Shown: in pieces, positions 49,901 to 59,100 of the stretch
How positions within the stretch are numbered: position 1 is the stretch's first letter
How the letters are laid out: each line of letters opens with the position of its first letter
Virus record (IMG/VR): IMGVR_UViG_3300035670_000187
Span: 1,697-65,696 of that record
Reading direction: 5' to 3' (one strand)
DNA: 64,000 bases
Source of the DNA: a virus
Lineage: Duplodnaviria; Caudoviricetes
Notes under the pieces: generated by a model
Database searches by the model: none
Told to the model about the DNA's origin: nothing
What the model saw: the letters and a program-made list of their open reading frames with translations, nothing else
Made by a program: the position numbers and the translations under genes

Positions 49901-50819
49901 AGCATATGGTTCCGGAACCAGGGCAATAGATTTCAAAACATATTTTCCTGGATTTGATGTAGACGGAATTAAATCTTCGATATATTCTGGTGTATCAGAT
50001 AAACATACGCTGAATACGTTTGGCGGATTTATCGCATTTTATGTTAATCAAAGCGGATTTGCTGGCAGCTCTAGTGGAACGAATTTGATCGAGGCAGCGC
50101 GAATTGAGAAAGATGGTAAAGTTGGCATTGGAACGACGAATCCAGGAGCACATTTAGAAGTTTATCAAGCAGCAGGAGGATATACCTCGATCCGCATGAA
50201 TACTGCGTTTAGTGGAGGAAATTATGTGGATTTGAATCCTTCTGTTGCTGGTGTATCAAACGATGGATTTTCTATTTCTCTTAATGGATCTATACGGCAA
50301 ATTATAAATGCTTCAGGTAATGTTGGCATCAACACCACTAATCCATCATATAGACTTCATACAGTCGGACACACCTATTCAACACAAGGATATTCTTCCG
50401 GAGCTGTATTAACCTATACCGTTCCTGCAGGAACTTATAATGTTGGAACTTGGTACACGTTTACTGCTAGAGACACTATTGCAAATTTAGGATTAGGCGA
50501 TGGTATGTATATTTTTAGAATTTTTGAAGATACTTATGGTGCTGGTGGAGGAAATTATTTCATCAATTATCTAACTGAACCGTTTTGGTTTTATAATGTG
50601 CAAAGTAATGCAAATAATAGGCAAGAATTTAGAATTAGTCCTATTCGAATGGGTCATGCCGCAAACCAACCAGCAAATTATGTTAATATTGCAATGTTGG
50701 AAGAATTTGGTGGAGTACCGCATAAATTTCAATGGTCGCCAGTGGGAGCTAATCTCACATTAGATGGAACTGGTGGAAAAAATGTTGTAATTTATATGTA
50801 TAAATTTGGAGGAATTTGA
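46971..50819 (+). CDS. Tail fibre protein, paralog B
   Basis: GGTGA..A.TNLG start, duplicated NSSNYDDPE module, DFRVESD, GNVGIGT repeats. Confidence 0.82.
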   Translation: MSQTVVTVDVGGTGANNANAALTNLGALPTFGGSITGNLNVSNNIVVTGNANLNNFVISGNSIVTTENNGDVVLTPNGDGKLRVRSDVLFGNGAEAHFASAGIDESTIAIGSVADSNSASEVLAVNKNSGTLAYSEFIAINDAGDQDSGWISIGVNSSNYDDPEYTLTGPDDGYLLFEPPQGTAANGDLIIGTGSYGLNNKIILAAGGFTPSDAQLIVAPADLKRANLVSYSVSSNVVTFVTDITHTFVANDIVSISEVGAPYDGTRTITAVTSNTLNVSVTTGDIGSVNLSPPGFALQFLPFNKGTVELTAQLFVGENSKSTIETANLTLSEGFAVPLGVVVNNDGPGQVSMFNKSNGALAYTEFIAQNDAADADMGWVSFGINSSGYDDPEFPITKADDAYLLYEPPANTTGDGDLIIGTGTNGSKNRLIFAAEGFDEANAQMIITPNESVRIAIATDASSSNTGALQVVGGVGVQGSMYVQGNQTIQGDLIVNGSQVIQSINELTASGPISLLSDGNIANTWDQGLVGTYAVSKASVTEDIAFKEIANNTATLTTSNNHSFLVEDYVVVANVDATFDGTHRITAVSSNTFSYFKLANNLTQTAATGTGTVDKSAKYTGVVKRASDGAWRVFSNLGTRPDFNTDFADANLVYDSIIAGEGTFNGSLKLGTPNTATITYTDANNRTLSIPALTGDRTFAFLNEPQTFTAAQAFSSTVTGTKFIPTAGDATGNGLYLAGTNKLALSADGVERISISASETVINDGGNDYDFRVESDGNANMLLVDGGLNRVGIGTGAPEQTLHVQGNTYINGNVGIGTTSPTPHNGSNALVVRGGGGGRGIIEVWDGVAGKAVFQQLGGKTYIGNLDKGSVGGTNGDLSFLVGGDGTNATEAIVIKSDGNVGIGTTSPQAKLHISDSSTQNIEITGNYIQSFNRGGSPGYQSLNFYGSSYTFHVGNVGIGTTNPSTILTISKTIDSAAYGSGTRAIDFKTYFPGFDVDGIKSSIYSGVSDKHTLNTFGGFIAFYVNQSGFAGSSSGTNLIEAARIEKDGKVGIGTTNPGAHLEVYQAAGGYTSIRMNTAFSGGNYVDLNPSVAGVSNDGFSISLNGSIRQIINASGNVGINTTNPSYRLHTVGHTYSTQGYSSGAVLTYTVPAGTYNVGTWYTFTARDTIANLGLGDGMYIFRIFEDTYGAGGGNYFINYLTEPFWFYNVQSNANNRQEFRISPIRMGHAANQPANYVNIAMLEEFGGVPHKFQWSPVGANLTLDGTGGKNVVIYMYKFGGI

Positions 50820-51004
50820 TGAAGTATTATGTGTTGTATAACAGCGAAAATTTGAAATCTATCAGTTTCTTAGCAGAAGATATTGTTGATAGATATGTTC
50901 CTATAGAGGGACAATCCGTCAGCAAAAATGGTGTTGAGTTTGATGGAATTCCTTACTTTGATCAAATAACTATTCAAGCTGATGGTACAATTATTAAAAA
51001 TTAA
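50816..51004 (+). CDS. Small protein coupled to fibre B (possible assembly partner)
   Basis: Start overlaps or abuts the fibre stop; 61-62 aa. Confidence 0.6.
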   Translation: MMKYYVLYNSENLKSISFLAEDIVDRYVPIEGQSVSKNGVEFDGIPYFDQITIQADGTIIKN

Positions 51005-51021
51005 TTTTATCTTTGCTTAAA

Positions 51022-51029
51022 GATAAATA
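51022..51029 (+). promoter_or_regulatory. Late-promoter variant GATAAATA
   Basis: Intergenic, upstream of fibre C. Confidence 0.55.
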
Positions 51030-51051
51030 ATTCAAAACCTCGAGATTTTAA

Positions 51052-54000
51052 ATGACAACAATCGTATCGATACAACAAGGTGGAACTGGCGCGAATAACG
51101 TGGCAGATGCTATCAGTGCACTCGGTGTGCTCGCAAACACTGGTGGGGAATTCACTGGTGAGGTCAGTTTCACTGGATCTAATACAAGCATCAATGTATC
51201 GAATGATGCAATTATTTCTGGTAGTGTGACAATTGGTCAAAATACTAACATCTCTGGAAATGCGACGATCGATGGTCGCGGTTTATTCGGCGATGGAATC
51301 GAAGAACATTTTACTGAAAAAGATATTGATGAAAGTACAATAACCGTTGCTGGATTTGCGAATACGAATGCAGCTGTTGAAATCGCAGTGATTAATAAGG
51401 CTAATGGTACACTTTCTTATGCTGAGTTTATTGCTCTGAACGACAAAGCTAATCAAGAGCAAGGTTGGATTTCGATTGGTGTCAACAGTTCTGAATATAA
51501 TGACCCAGAGTATACACTCACTGGTCCTGATGATGGCTATTTGCTTTTCGAAGCACCATTAGGAACAAATGCGAATGGCGATTTGATTGTCGGAACAGGT
51601 TCCTATGGTCAAAATAATCGCATTGTTTTGGCTGCAGGTGGATTTGCTCCCACTGATGCACAGATGACCATTGCTCCTGCTGATCTCAAAACAGCAGTGA
51701 TCGTCAATTCTGAACTGACTTCAAACGTTGCATTACTCACAACTGATGAAACGCACACCTTCTTAGCAAATGACGAAGTTATCATTGCGAGTGTTGGTGC
51801 TCCGTATGACGGACAGTTCACAATCACAAATGTATCAAGTAATACAATCAGCTACAATGTAACATCTAATAATATTGGTTCAGCTGCAGCTACTGGAACA
51901 GCAACTCAGTATCTTCCATTTAACAAGGGCACAGTAGAACTCACAGCTCAATTATTTGTCGGTGAAAATGCTAAGTCAACTTTCACTACTGCTAATTTAA
52001 CACTCGATAATACTTTTGCTATTCCACTCGGCGTTGTTGTCGACAACGATGGTCCTGGTCAAGTGTCAATGTTCAATAAGAGCAATGGCGCTTTTGCATA
52101 TTCTGAATTCATTGCTCAAAATGATGCTGCTGACGCAGACATGGGCTGGGTTTCTTTTGGTATTAACAGCTCGAATTACGATGACCCTGAGTTCCCAATT
52201 ACGAAAGCTGATGACGCCTATATTCTTTACGAACCACCAGCGAATACAACGGGTGACGGCGACTTTATTATTGGTACAGGAACCAATGGTCAGAAAAATA
52301 GATTGATCTTCGCAGCACAAGGTTTTGATGAAGCGAATGCTCAGATGATCATTACGCCTGATGAGTCTGTACGAATTTCTATCAATACAGATGCAACTTC
52401 ATCAAATACTGGCGCACTTCAGGTTGCTGGTGGAGTTGGTATTGAGGGTTCATTGTTCGTTCAAGGCAATCAAACCATTCAAGGCGATCTAATTGTCAAC
52501 GGATCGCAAGTAACTCAAAGCATTCAAAGCGTTGCTGCTTCTGGACCAATTTCATTGGTTGGTGATGGTAATATTGCTAACACCTGGGATTTTGGTATTG
52601 TGGGCGTTTATGCTAATAATAGAACTCCGACACTAGAAGGTGTAACAAATAAATCTCTTGCAAATAATATTGCAACCTTAACAACAGCAAATAACCATAG
52701 TTTTGTAATTGAAGATTATGTTAATGTAAGTAGTGTAGATACTATCTTTAATGGCACATACCGATTAACTGGAGTTACGTCAAACACTATTAGCTATTTT
52801 AAACTAGCAAATAATGTTACATCTACAGCTGCAAGTGGTAACGTAACATCATCAGTTCGTGCAACTTACACTGGCGTTCTTAAAGATACAGCTAATGCAA
52901 CTTGGAAGTTGTTATCTAACATTGAACGACGTCCAGATTTTAATGCTAATTTAACCAATGCAGTTCTTGATAGTCTTCGTGTCTCAACAATTAATGCAGA
53001 TAGTTTTGTAACTAGCGCGGGATTGAATGTAACTGATCAAGCAAATACTGCCTATGCTCAAGCTAATGCTGCATATGGGCAAGCTAATACTGCATATGGA
53101 CAGGCTAATGACGCTTATTCGCAAGCAAATACTGCTTATGGGCAGGCTAATACTGCTTATGGTCAAGCGAATCTAGCTTATTCTCAGGCAAATACTGCTC
53201 GCAATCAAGCCAACACTGCTTATGGACAAGCCAACGCAGCATATGATCAAGCCAACTCAGCGTTTGCTGCTGCAAACAATCGAGTGTTGAAAGCTGGCGA
53301 TACCATGACTGGATTGTTGAACGTTGCGAATAATCTGGTGGTCACTGGGAATGTAGGGATTGGAACTGCATCGCCTAATTCTAGATTAGATGTTAGAGGG
53401 CAAGTTATTCTTGGCAATGCTGGTAATAGTGCCAATATTGCAAACTTAATTTCTGGAACACCTCCTCAACTTGTTGCTGGATGGACCATCCCTGCTATTA
53501 CTTGGAGTCCAGCTGCTACGATTGAGGCAGTGTTCGCGCGCGATGGTGATATGGGAATTGATATTCTTGCTGGCGATACAAGTAGTTCGCTCATTAACTT
53601 TTCCGATACAAACGATGAAGATGTTGGTCAAATAGAATACGATCACGCTACAGATTATATGCGTTTTCGTGTTAATGCTGGAGAGCGATTGCGAATTGAC
53701 TCCTCTGGCAACGTCGGCATCGGAACAACAAATCCATCCGTCAAACTTCATGTCGTTGGTTCAAGTATTCTTGCAAATAACACTTCTATAGATCCTGATT
53801 CATACGCAAATCAAATCGTTGCTGGTGCAATCGCTGATGGTAGCGGATCATTTGGATTAACTTCTGCTATTGGCGGTAATGCTGGAACTGGCGATTCCTG
53901 GGCTATTGGACATAATGGAAGTGGACTTTTTATTGGTATGGGCAATGGTTCTGCTGATAATTCAATGCAAACTTATATGCAGTTTGATCCAAATAGAAAC

Positions 54001-56136
54001 TTGTATCTAGTTCCTGATGGCGGAAATGTGGGGATTGGTTCTGCAATACCAACGACAAAGTTAGATATTAATTTTTCTAATGCTGGAACTTATGCATCTG
54101 GTGTTTCAAATAATGGAATAAGAATTTATAACACGTCAACAGCCACAAATCAATATGTTGGATTAATTTTTACAGGTGAACCAACAGATGGAAACGCTGG
54201 ATTAGCCACAATTTATGGTATTACTGTTGGCTCAGGTAGTATGGATATGGCGTTCAGCACTAGAAATAGTGCAACATTGGCAGAACGCATGCGCCTCACC
54301 TCTGCAGGTTTTGTTGGCATTGGAACGACTTCACCGTCAATAAATTTCCATATCGCTGGTAATAATGGCAATTCTGTAGGCTCATCGACTTTTTGGAATT
54401 TCAATTTTGTTGGACAAGAAATACAAAATGCAAGTAATACAACTGGAACTGTTGCAGGTTTGGCTCTTATTGGCGGATCATCAAGATCAGCTGTTGCAGC
54501 AATTGGTGGTATATTAGAAAGCACATCTTTGAGTGCACTCGGATTTTTCACAGGTGGTAGCGGAGTTTCTGGTGGAACAGTACCAGAGCGCATGAGAATC
54601 ACAAGCGCTGGCAATGTTGGAATTGGAACCACACCAACAGCAAGTAACGGCATTCTACAAATAGGTCAAGTTCCAGACGGCACTTCTTCAAGCATCGGAT
54701 TCCCTAATGGCGATAACGCTGTGATATCAGCAAGATACAGTTTAGTGTTCCAGATCAATCATGACAATAATCAATCTGGCAGAGTTTATAGTTGGAAAAC
54801 AGGCGGTAAAGGATATAGTGACGGCACAGATTTAATGACGTTGACTTCGGCTGGTAATCTTGGCGTTGGAACCAGCGGTCCTAACGCAAGACTGCATGTT
54901 AGAGAAAGCGGAATTACTGCAGCTGCAATTTCAACTGGTTGGCCAGCATTTAATGCTGAAAGTGCAGCGCAATCAAGATACGTGTTAGATTTAGATGCGG
55001 GTGGAAATGGTGATGTCGGCACAGGAGGAACTGGTGCATCAGCCACATTAATAATAGGAAATTATTTTGACGCTCGCGGAATTATTACTATGCGAGGTGC
55101 AGGTGGCGCGAGTCCATCTGATCAAGGACAGGGATATGGAAAAGATTTAATGGTCAAAGCTGGAAACAGCGATAATGGAAATGGATTAATTGGTGGTCGC
55201 CTATTCCTTGCTGGTGGTTCTGGATATTCTGGAAATGCATTTGGCACAAATTATGGTGCTGTGATACTGCAACCAAATAGCTCGAGAACAGGAAGAGTAG
55301 GTATTGGAACCACACAACCACCGCAAAAAGTATTAGATGTTTCTGGAACTACTGGCATTATTGCTTCTTTTGGCGGTCCATTCGGTCCTGGAGATTTTCT
55401 AGGATTTCATTTTGGATATTCAGAAACCGCATACGGTAATGATGCATATAAAAAATCTGCATTAGTATTTGAAAGAACCGACAATAATAATCAAGGCGGC
55501 AACGCCAGCGGAAAAATTCACTTTTTATTAGCAAATTATAGTAGTTCTAGTGCAACATCATTAAATGATTCTGTAATGACGATCGATAGTGATGCGAATG
55601 GAACTCAAGGTTCAGTACGTGTTGGTATCGGTACTCGTAGTCCAACAAGTACGTTGCAAATTAATGGATCTTTGGCTAAATCTTCTGGTTCATTTAAAAT
55701 CGATCATCCACTGCCTGAAAAATCTAATACTCATTACTTAGTACATTCATTTATTGAAGGACCACAAGCTGATCTAATATACCGAGGTAGAATTGAACTA
55801 GAAAATGGAACAGCTGTAGTCAATATCGATGTTGCATCTGGAATGTCAGAAGGTACTTTTGTTGCTCTTTGTAGAGATGTTCAATGTTTTACATCAAATG
55901 AAACAACATGGGATGCTGTTCGTGGTTTTGTAAACGGAAATATTTTAACTATTGAATCTCAAAATAGCACTTCTAATGCAACTATATCCTGGATGGTTAT
56001 TGGTGAACGTCAAGATAAACATATGTTAGACACTGAATGGACAGACGAAAATGGTAAAATTGTGGTTGAACCGTTGAAAGAAACACCTAATATAAATGTA
56101 AGTATAGATGTAAACGCGCAAGCGAATACAAAATAA
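51052..56136 (+). CDS. Tail fibre protein, paralog C
   Basis: GGTGA start, duplicated module, 11 QANxAY heptads, KAGDTMTG, GNVGIGT repeats, C-terminal KSSGSFKIDHPL...HSFIEGP...YRG domain. Confidence 0.85.
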   Translation: MTTIVSIQQGGTGANNVADAISALGVLANTGGEFTGEVSFTGSNTSINVSNDAIISGSVTIGQNTNISGNATIDGRGLFGDGIEEHFTEKDIDESTITVAGFANTNAAVEIAVINKANGTLSYAEFIALNDKANQEQGWISIGVNSSEYNDPEYTLTGPDDGYLLFEAPLGTNANGDLIVGTGSYGQNNRIVLAAGGFAPTDAQMTIAPADLKTAVIVNSELTSNVALLTTDETHTFLANDEVIIASVGAPYDGQFTITNVSSNTISYNVTSNNIGSAAATGTATQYLPFNKGTVELTAQLFVGENAKSTFTTANLTLDNTFAIPLGVVVDNDGPGQVSMFNKSNGAFAYSEFIAQNDAADADMGWVSFGINSSNYDDPEFPITKADDAYILYEPPANTTGDGDFIIGTGTNGQKNRLIFAAQGFDEANAQMIITPDESVRISINTDATSSNTGALQVAGGVGIEGSLFVQGNQTIQGDLIVNGSQVTQSIQSVAASGPISLVGDGNIANTWDFGIVGVYANNRTPTLEGVTNKSLANNIATLTTANNHSFVIEDYVNVSSVDTIFNGTYRLTGVTSNTISYFKLANNVTSTAASGNVTSSVRATYTGVLKDTANATWKLLSNIERRPDFNANLTNAVLDSLRVSTINADSFVTSAGLNVTDQANTAYAQANAAYGQANTAYGQANDAYSQANTAYGQANTAYGQANLAYSQANTARNQANTAYGQANAAYDQANSAFAAANNRVLKAGDTMTGLLNVANNLVVTGNVGIGTASPNSRLDVRGQVILGNAGNSANIANLISGTPPQLVAGWTIPAITWSPAATIEAVFARDGDMGIDILAGDTSSSLINFSDTNDEDVGQIEYDHATDYMRFRVNAGERLRIDSSGNVGIGTTNPSVKLHVVGSSILANNTSIDPDSYANQIVAGAIADGSGSFGLTSAIGGNAGTGDSWAIGHNGSGLFIGMGNGSADNSMQTYMQFDPNRNLYLVPDGGNVGIGSAIPTTKLDINFSNAGTYASGVSNNGIRIYNTSTATNQYVGLIFTGEPTDGNAGLATIYGITVGSGSMDMAFSTRNSATLAERMRLTSAGFVGIGTTSPSINFHIAGNNGNSVGSSTFWNFNFVGQEIQNASNTTGTVAGLALIGGSSRSAVAAIGGILESTSLSALGFFTGGSGVSGGTVPERMRITSAGNVGIGTTPTASNGILQIGQVPDGTSSSIGFPNGDNAVISARYSLVFQINHDNNQSGRVYSWKTGGKGYSDGTDLMTLTSAGNLGVGTSGPNARLHVRESGITAAAISTGWPAFNAESAAQSRYVLDLDAGGNGDVGTGGTGASATLIIGNYFDARGIITMRGAGGASPSDQGQGYGKDLMVKAGNSDNGNGLIGGRLFLAGGSGYSGNAFGTNYGAVILQPNSSRTGRVGIGTTQPPQKVLDVSGTTGIIASFGGPFGPGDFLGFHFGYSETAYGNDAYKKSALVFERTDNNNQGGNASGKIHFLLANYSSSSATSLNDSVMTIDSDANGTQGSVRVGIGTRSPTSTLQINGSLAKSSGSFKIDHPLPEKSNTHYLVHSFIEGPQADLIYRGRIELENGTAVVNIDVASGMSEGTFVALCRDVQCFTSNETTWDAVRGFVNGNILTIESQNSTSNATISWMVIGERQDKHMLDTEWTDENGKIVVEPLKETPNINVSIDVNAQANTK
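53038..53280 (+). repeat. 21-bp heptad tandem repeat (QANxAY[G/S/A/D]) x11
   Basis: QANTAYA QANAAYG QANTAYG QANDAYS ... QANSAFA. Confidence 0.9.
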
Positions 56137-56139
56137 ATA
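56132..56139 (+). promoter_or_regulatory. Late-promoter variant AATAAATA
   Basis: Overlaps the stop of fibre C, upstream of fibre D. Confidence 0.5.
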
Positions 56140-56158
56140 ATCCTAAAAGAGAATCTGA

Positions 56159-59100
56159 ATGACAACAAGAGTTTCCATAAGATACGGTGGCACTGGAGCA
56201 AATACTGCAGCAGATGCACGCGCTGCATTAGGCGTTTCCTCATCAGAAACGACCAATGCTGCTTATACACAAGCAAACTCTGCGTTTGACCAAGCAAATA
56301 GCGCATATAATGCTGCTAATTTAAAATTAGATTTAACTGGCGGAACAATCTCTGGCAATTTGACTGTTTCTGGTAATCTTGAAGTTCTTGGAAACAGCAC
56401 TACATTGAATGTTGAGACGTTGTTGGTTGAAGACAATGAGATTATTCTCAACTCAAATGTTGCTGGTTCTCCAACGCTCAATGCTTTTATTACTGTTAAT
56501 CGCGGATCTTCTCCAAACACTTTTGTTAAGTGGGATGAAGATGATAATAAATGGGGTTGGAGCGACGACGGATCAAATACTTTTTATTTTAACACTGCAC
56601 TAGATGCCTATGATGCAGCGAATACAGCCAATACGAATGCATTAGCAGCCTATGGTCAAGCCAACGATGCCTATGCCGCTGCGAACACAGCAAACACCAA
56701 CGCATTGGCAGCATATGATCAAGCAAACTCCGCTTTCGATCAAGCAAATCTAGCATACGATCAGGCTAATACAGCATACGGACAAGCAAATGACGCTTAT
56801 GCAGCTGCGAATACAGCAAATACCAATGCACTCGCAGCATACGGACAAGCTAATTCTGCTTATGATCAAGCAAACTCGGCTTATACTCAAGCAAATGATG
56901 CTTATACCGCAGCAAACTCAGCAGCCAATACAGTTCGAGTCTCTCAAAACAGTGGATCAACATTATCTGCTAAACAATTAAACTTTGTCAACACTGCTAA
57001 TGTAACTATTGCTGTCACGGATTCTGGTGACGGAAATGCGAATATTGAATTTGAAGTAGCAGCAGGTGGCTCAGGAATCGCAGACTTCCCAGTTTCTGCT
57101 AATAGTGGTTCGACGGTCACTGCAAATGCACTCAACTTTATCAATACATCTTCTGTCACTGTAAGCGTTCAAAGTGGTATTGATGGAAATGCAAATATTT
57201 CCTTCACCTCTGTTGGAGCTGCAGCGAACTTAGAAATTCTAGATGACGGATCTTCATTAACTGCTGCTGTCACGAGTATTGATTTTGTTGGATCGGGCGT
57301 CACTGCAACAGCCAATGGATCTGATGTCACGGTCACAATCACAGGTGGTGGTGGAACAGAAACCGTTGCCAAGTCTGATCTATTCACTGCAGCAAATGGT
57401 GATGCAAATCTCACCTATTCATTGACGTATGCAGTTCCTGGAACGGATTATGTCTTTGTAAACAAGAATGGCATTGCTCTTGTTCCTGGAACTGATTTCG
57501 TCATTGAGAGTTTCCAAACACTCCGAGTGATCGACACTGGTGAAACTGGTGACGTCATTGAAGCGCATTACTTTACTCCAGCTTCAACGATTCTAATTCC
57601 AAACACTGATATTATTATTGATACAAATACAGTCACTGCTCAGACGAATACATTCTATTTGTCTGCGAATATTACTTCAATTAATCTCTTGACCGTCACG
57701 AAGAATGGTCTCACACTTACACCAAATTCTCACTTCACGTTGTCAGATAATAATACCATCACATTGACAACAGTAGCAGAAGTAGATGACGAATTGGTCT
57801 TTAGATTCTTCCGTGATGTTACACTCGAAAGAGCCAATTCAAATAACTCAGTCAGCTCTACATTCACTGCGAATGGTTCAGCGAATGTGTTCTTCATGGA
57901 CTCTCATGCAACTTCGAACAACAATGTTCTTGTCACGATTGACGGTGTGGTTTTAATTCCTGTTGATGATTATACGGTCGATGGTCCAATATTGACCATT
58001 AATTACATGCCACCAAATGGCGCGAAGATTGAAGCTCGAACAATCACAGGCGGTGGTGATGGCGGTGGAGCGACACTCGGATTTGTTCGCGATTCTTTTG
58101 TCGGCGATGGAAACACAGTTAATTACACACTCACCGTTGCTCCGTATGATGAAGACAACTGCTTGGTCTATGTTGATCGAGTTTTGCAAAGAAACAATGA
58201 GTATAATGTCAGCACAACGACATTGACCTTTGATTCTGCACCTGACGCGAATGCAGTGATTGATGTCTTCACGACAACTTATAAAGCAACCAGCTTTGCA
58301 TTGATGAAAGCTGGGGATACAATGACAGGCAACTTGAACGTCTCAGCGACATTAATCACGCAAAATGTTGAGCCTGTTGCGAATGTGACTTATGATCTCG
58401 GAACGAGCACCAAGAGATTCAAAGATCTCTGGTTGAGTAATAGTACGATTTATTTGGGAGAAGCGACAATTTCTGCAAATGGCGGAAACATTGTTGTTCC
58501 TTCGATTCAAACTTCAAGTGGTGTAAATGTTGAAGCAGTTCTTGCTGATGCATACAATCAAGCGAATAGTGCATTTGATGCGGCGAACAATCGAGTGTTG
58601 AAAGCTGGCGATACAATGACTGGATTGCTAAACGTCGCGAATAATCTAGTAGTTACTGGGAATGTTGCAATCGGAGTTTCTTCAACATCCAACACTGTCC
58701 AAATTAATGCTGAATTTCCAACAATACGTTTAGAAGAAACGGGAAGTGGTGGATCAAAAAGATTAGAATTTAGTGTAGCCAATGATGGCGTTGCACTAAT
58801 TAGTGCAGGTCAGTCCTCTCAATCGCTTGCATTTGGTACTGTTGGTTCAGAGAGAATGAGAATTGGTTCTAACGGTGCAGTGTTAGTTGGAACAACCTCT
58901 GATCCTACTGGAGGCACAACGCAGCACTTTTTCTCGCATTCTGGTAATAATCCAACTGCATTTATTATTGGTGATGCAAATAATAGTGCCAACGCTACAG
59001 GATTGTATCTACGTTCAACTGATCCAAGATTAGTTCGACCAACTGGTATGCCAATTTATATTGCAGATACTGCAGGAACGAAACATGTTACTGTTTTAGG

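Noticed and set aside
41610-56136. Triplicated stalk as a misassembly
   Set aside because: Copies differ at many synonymous and amino-acid positions
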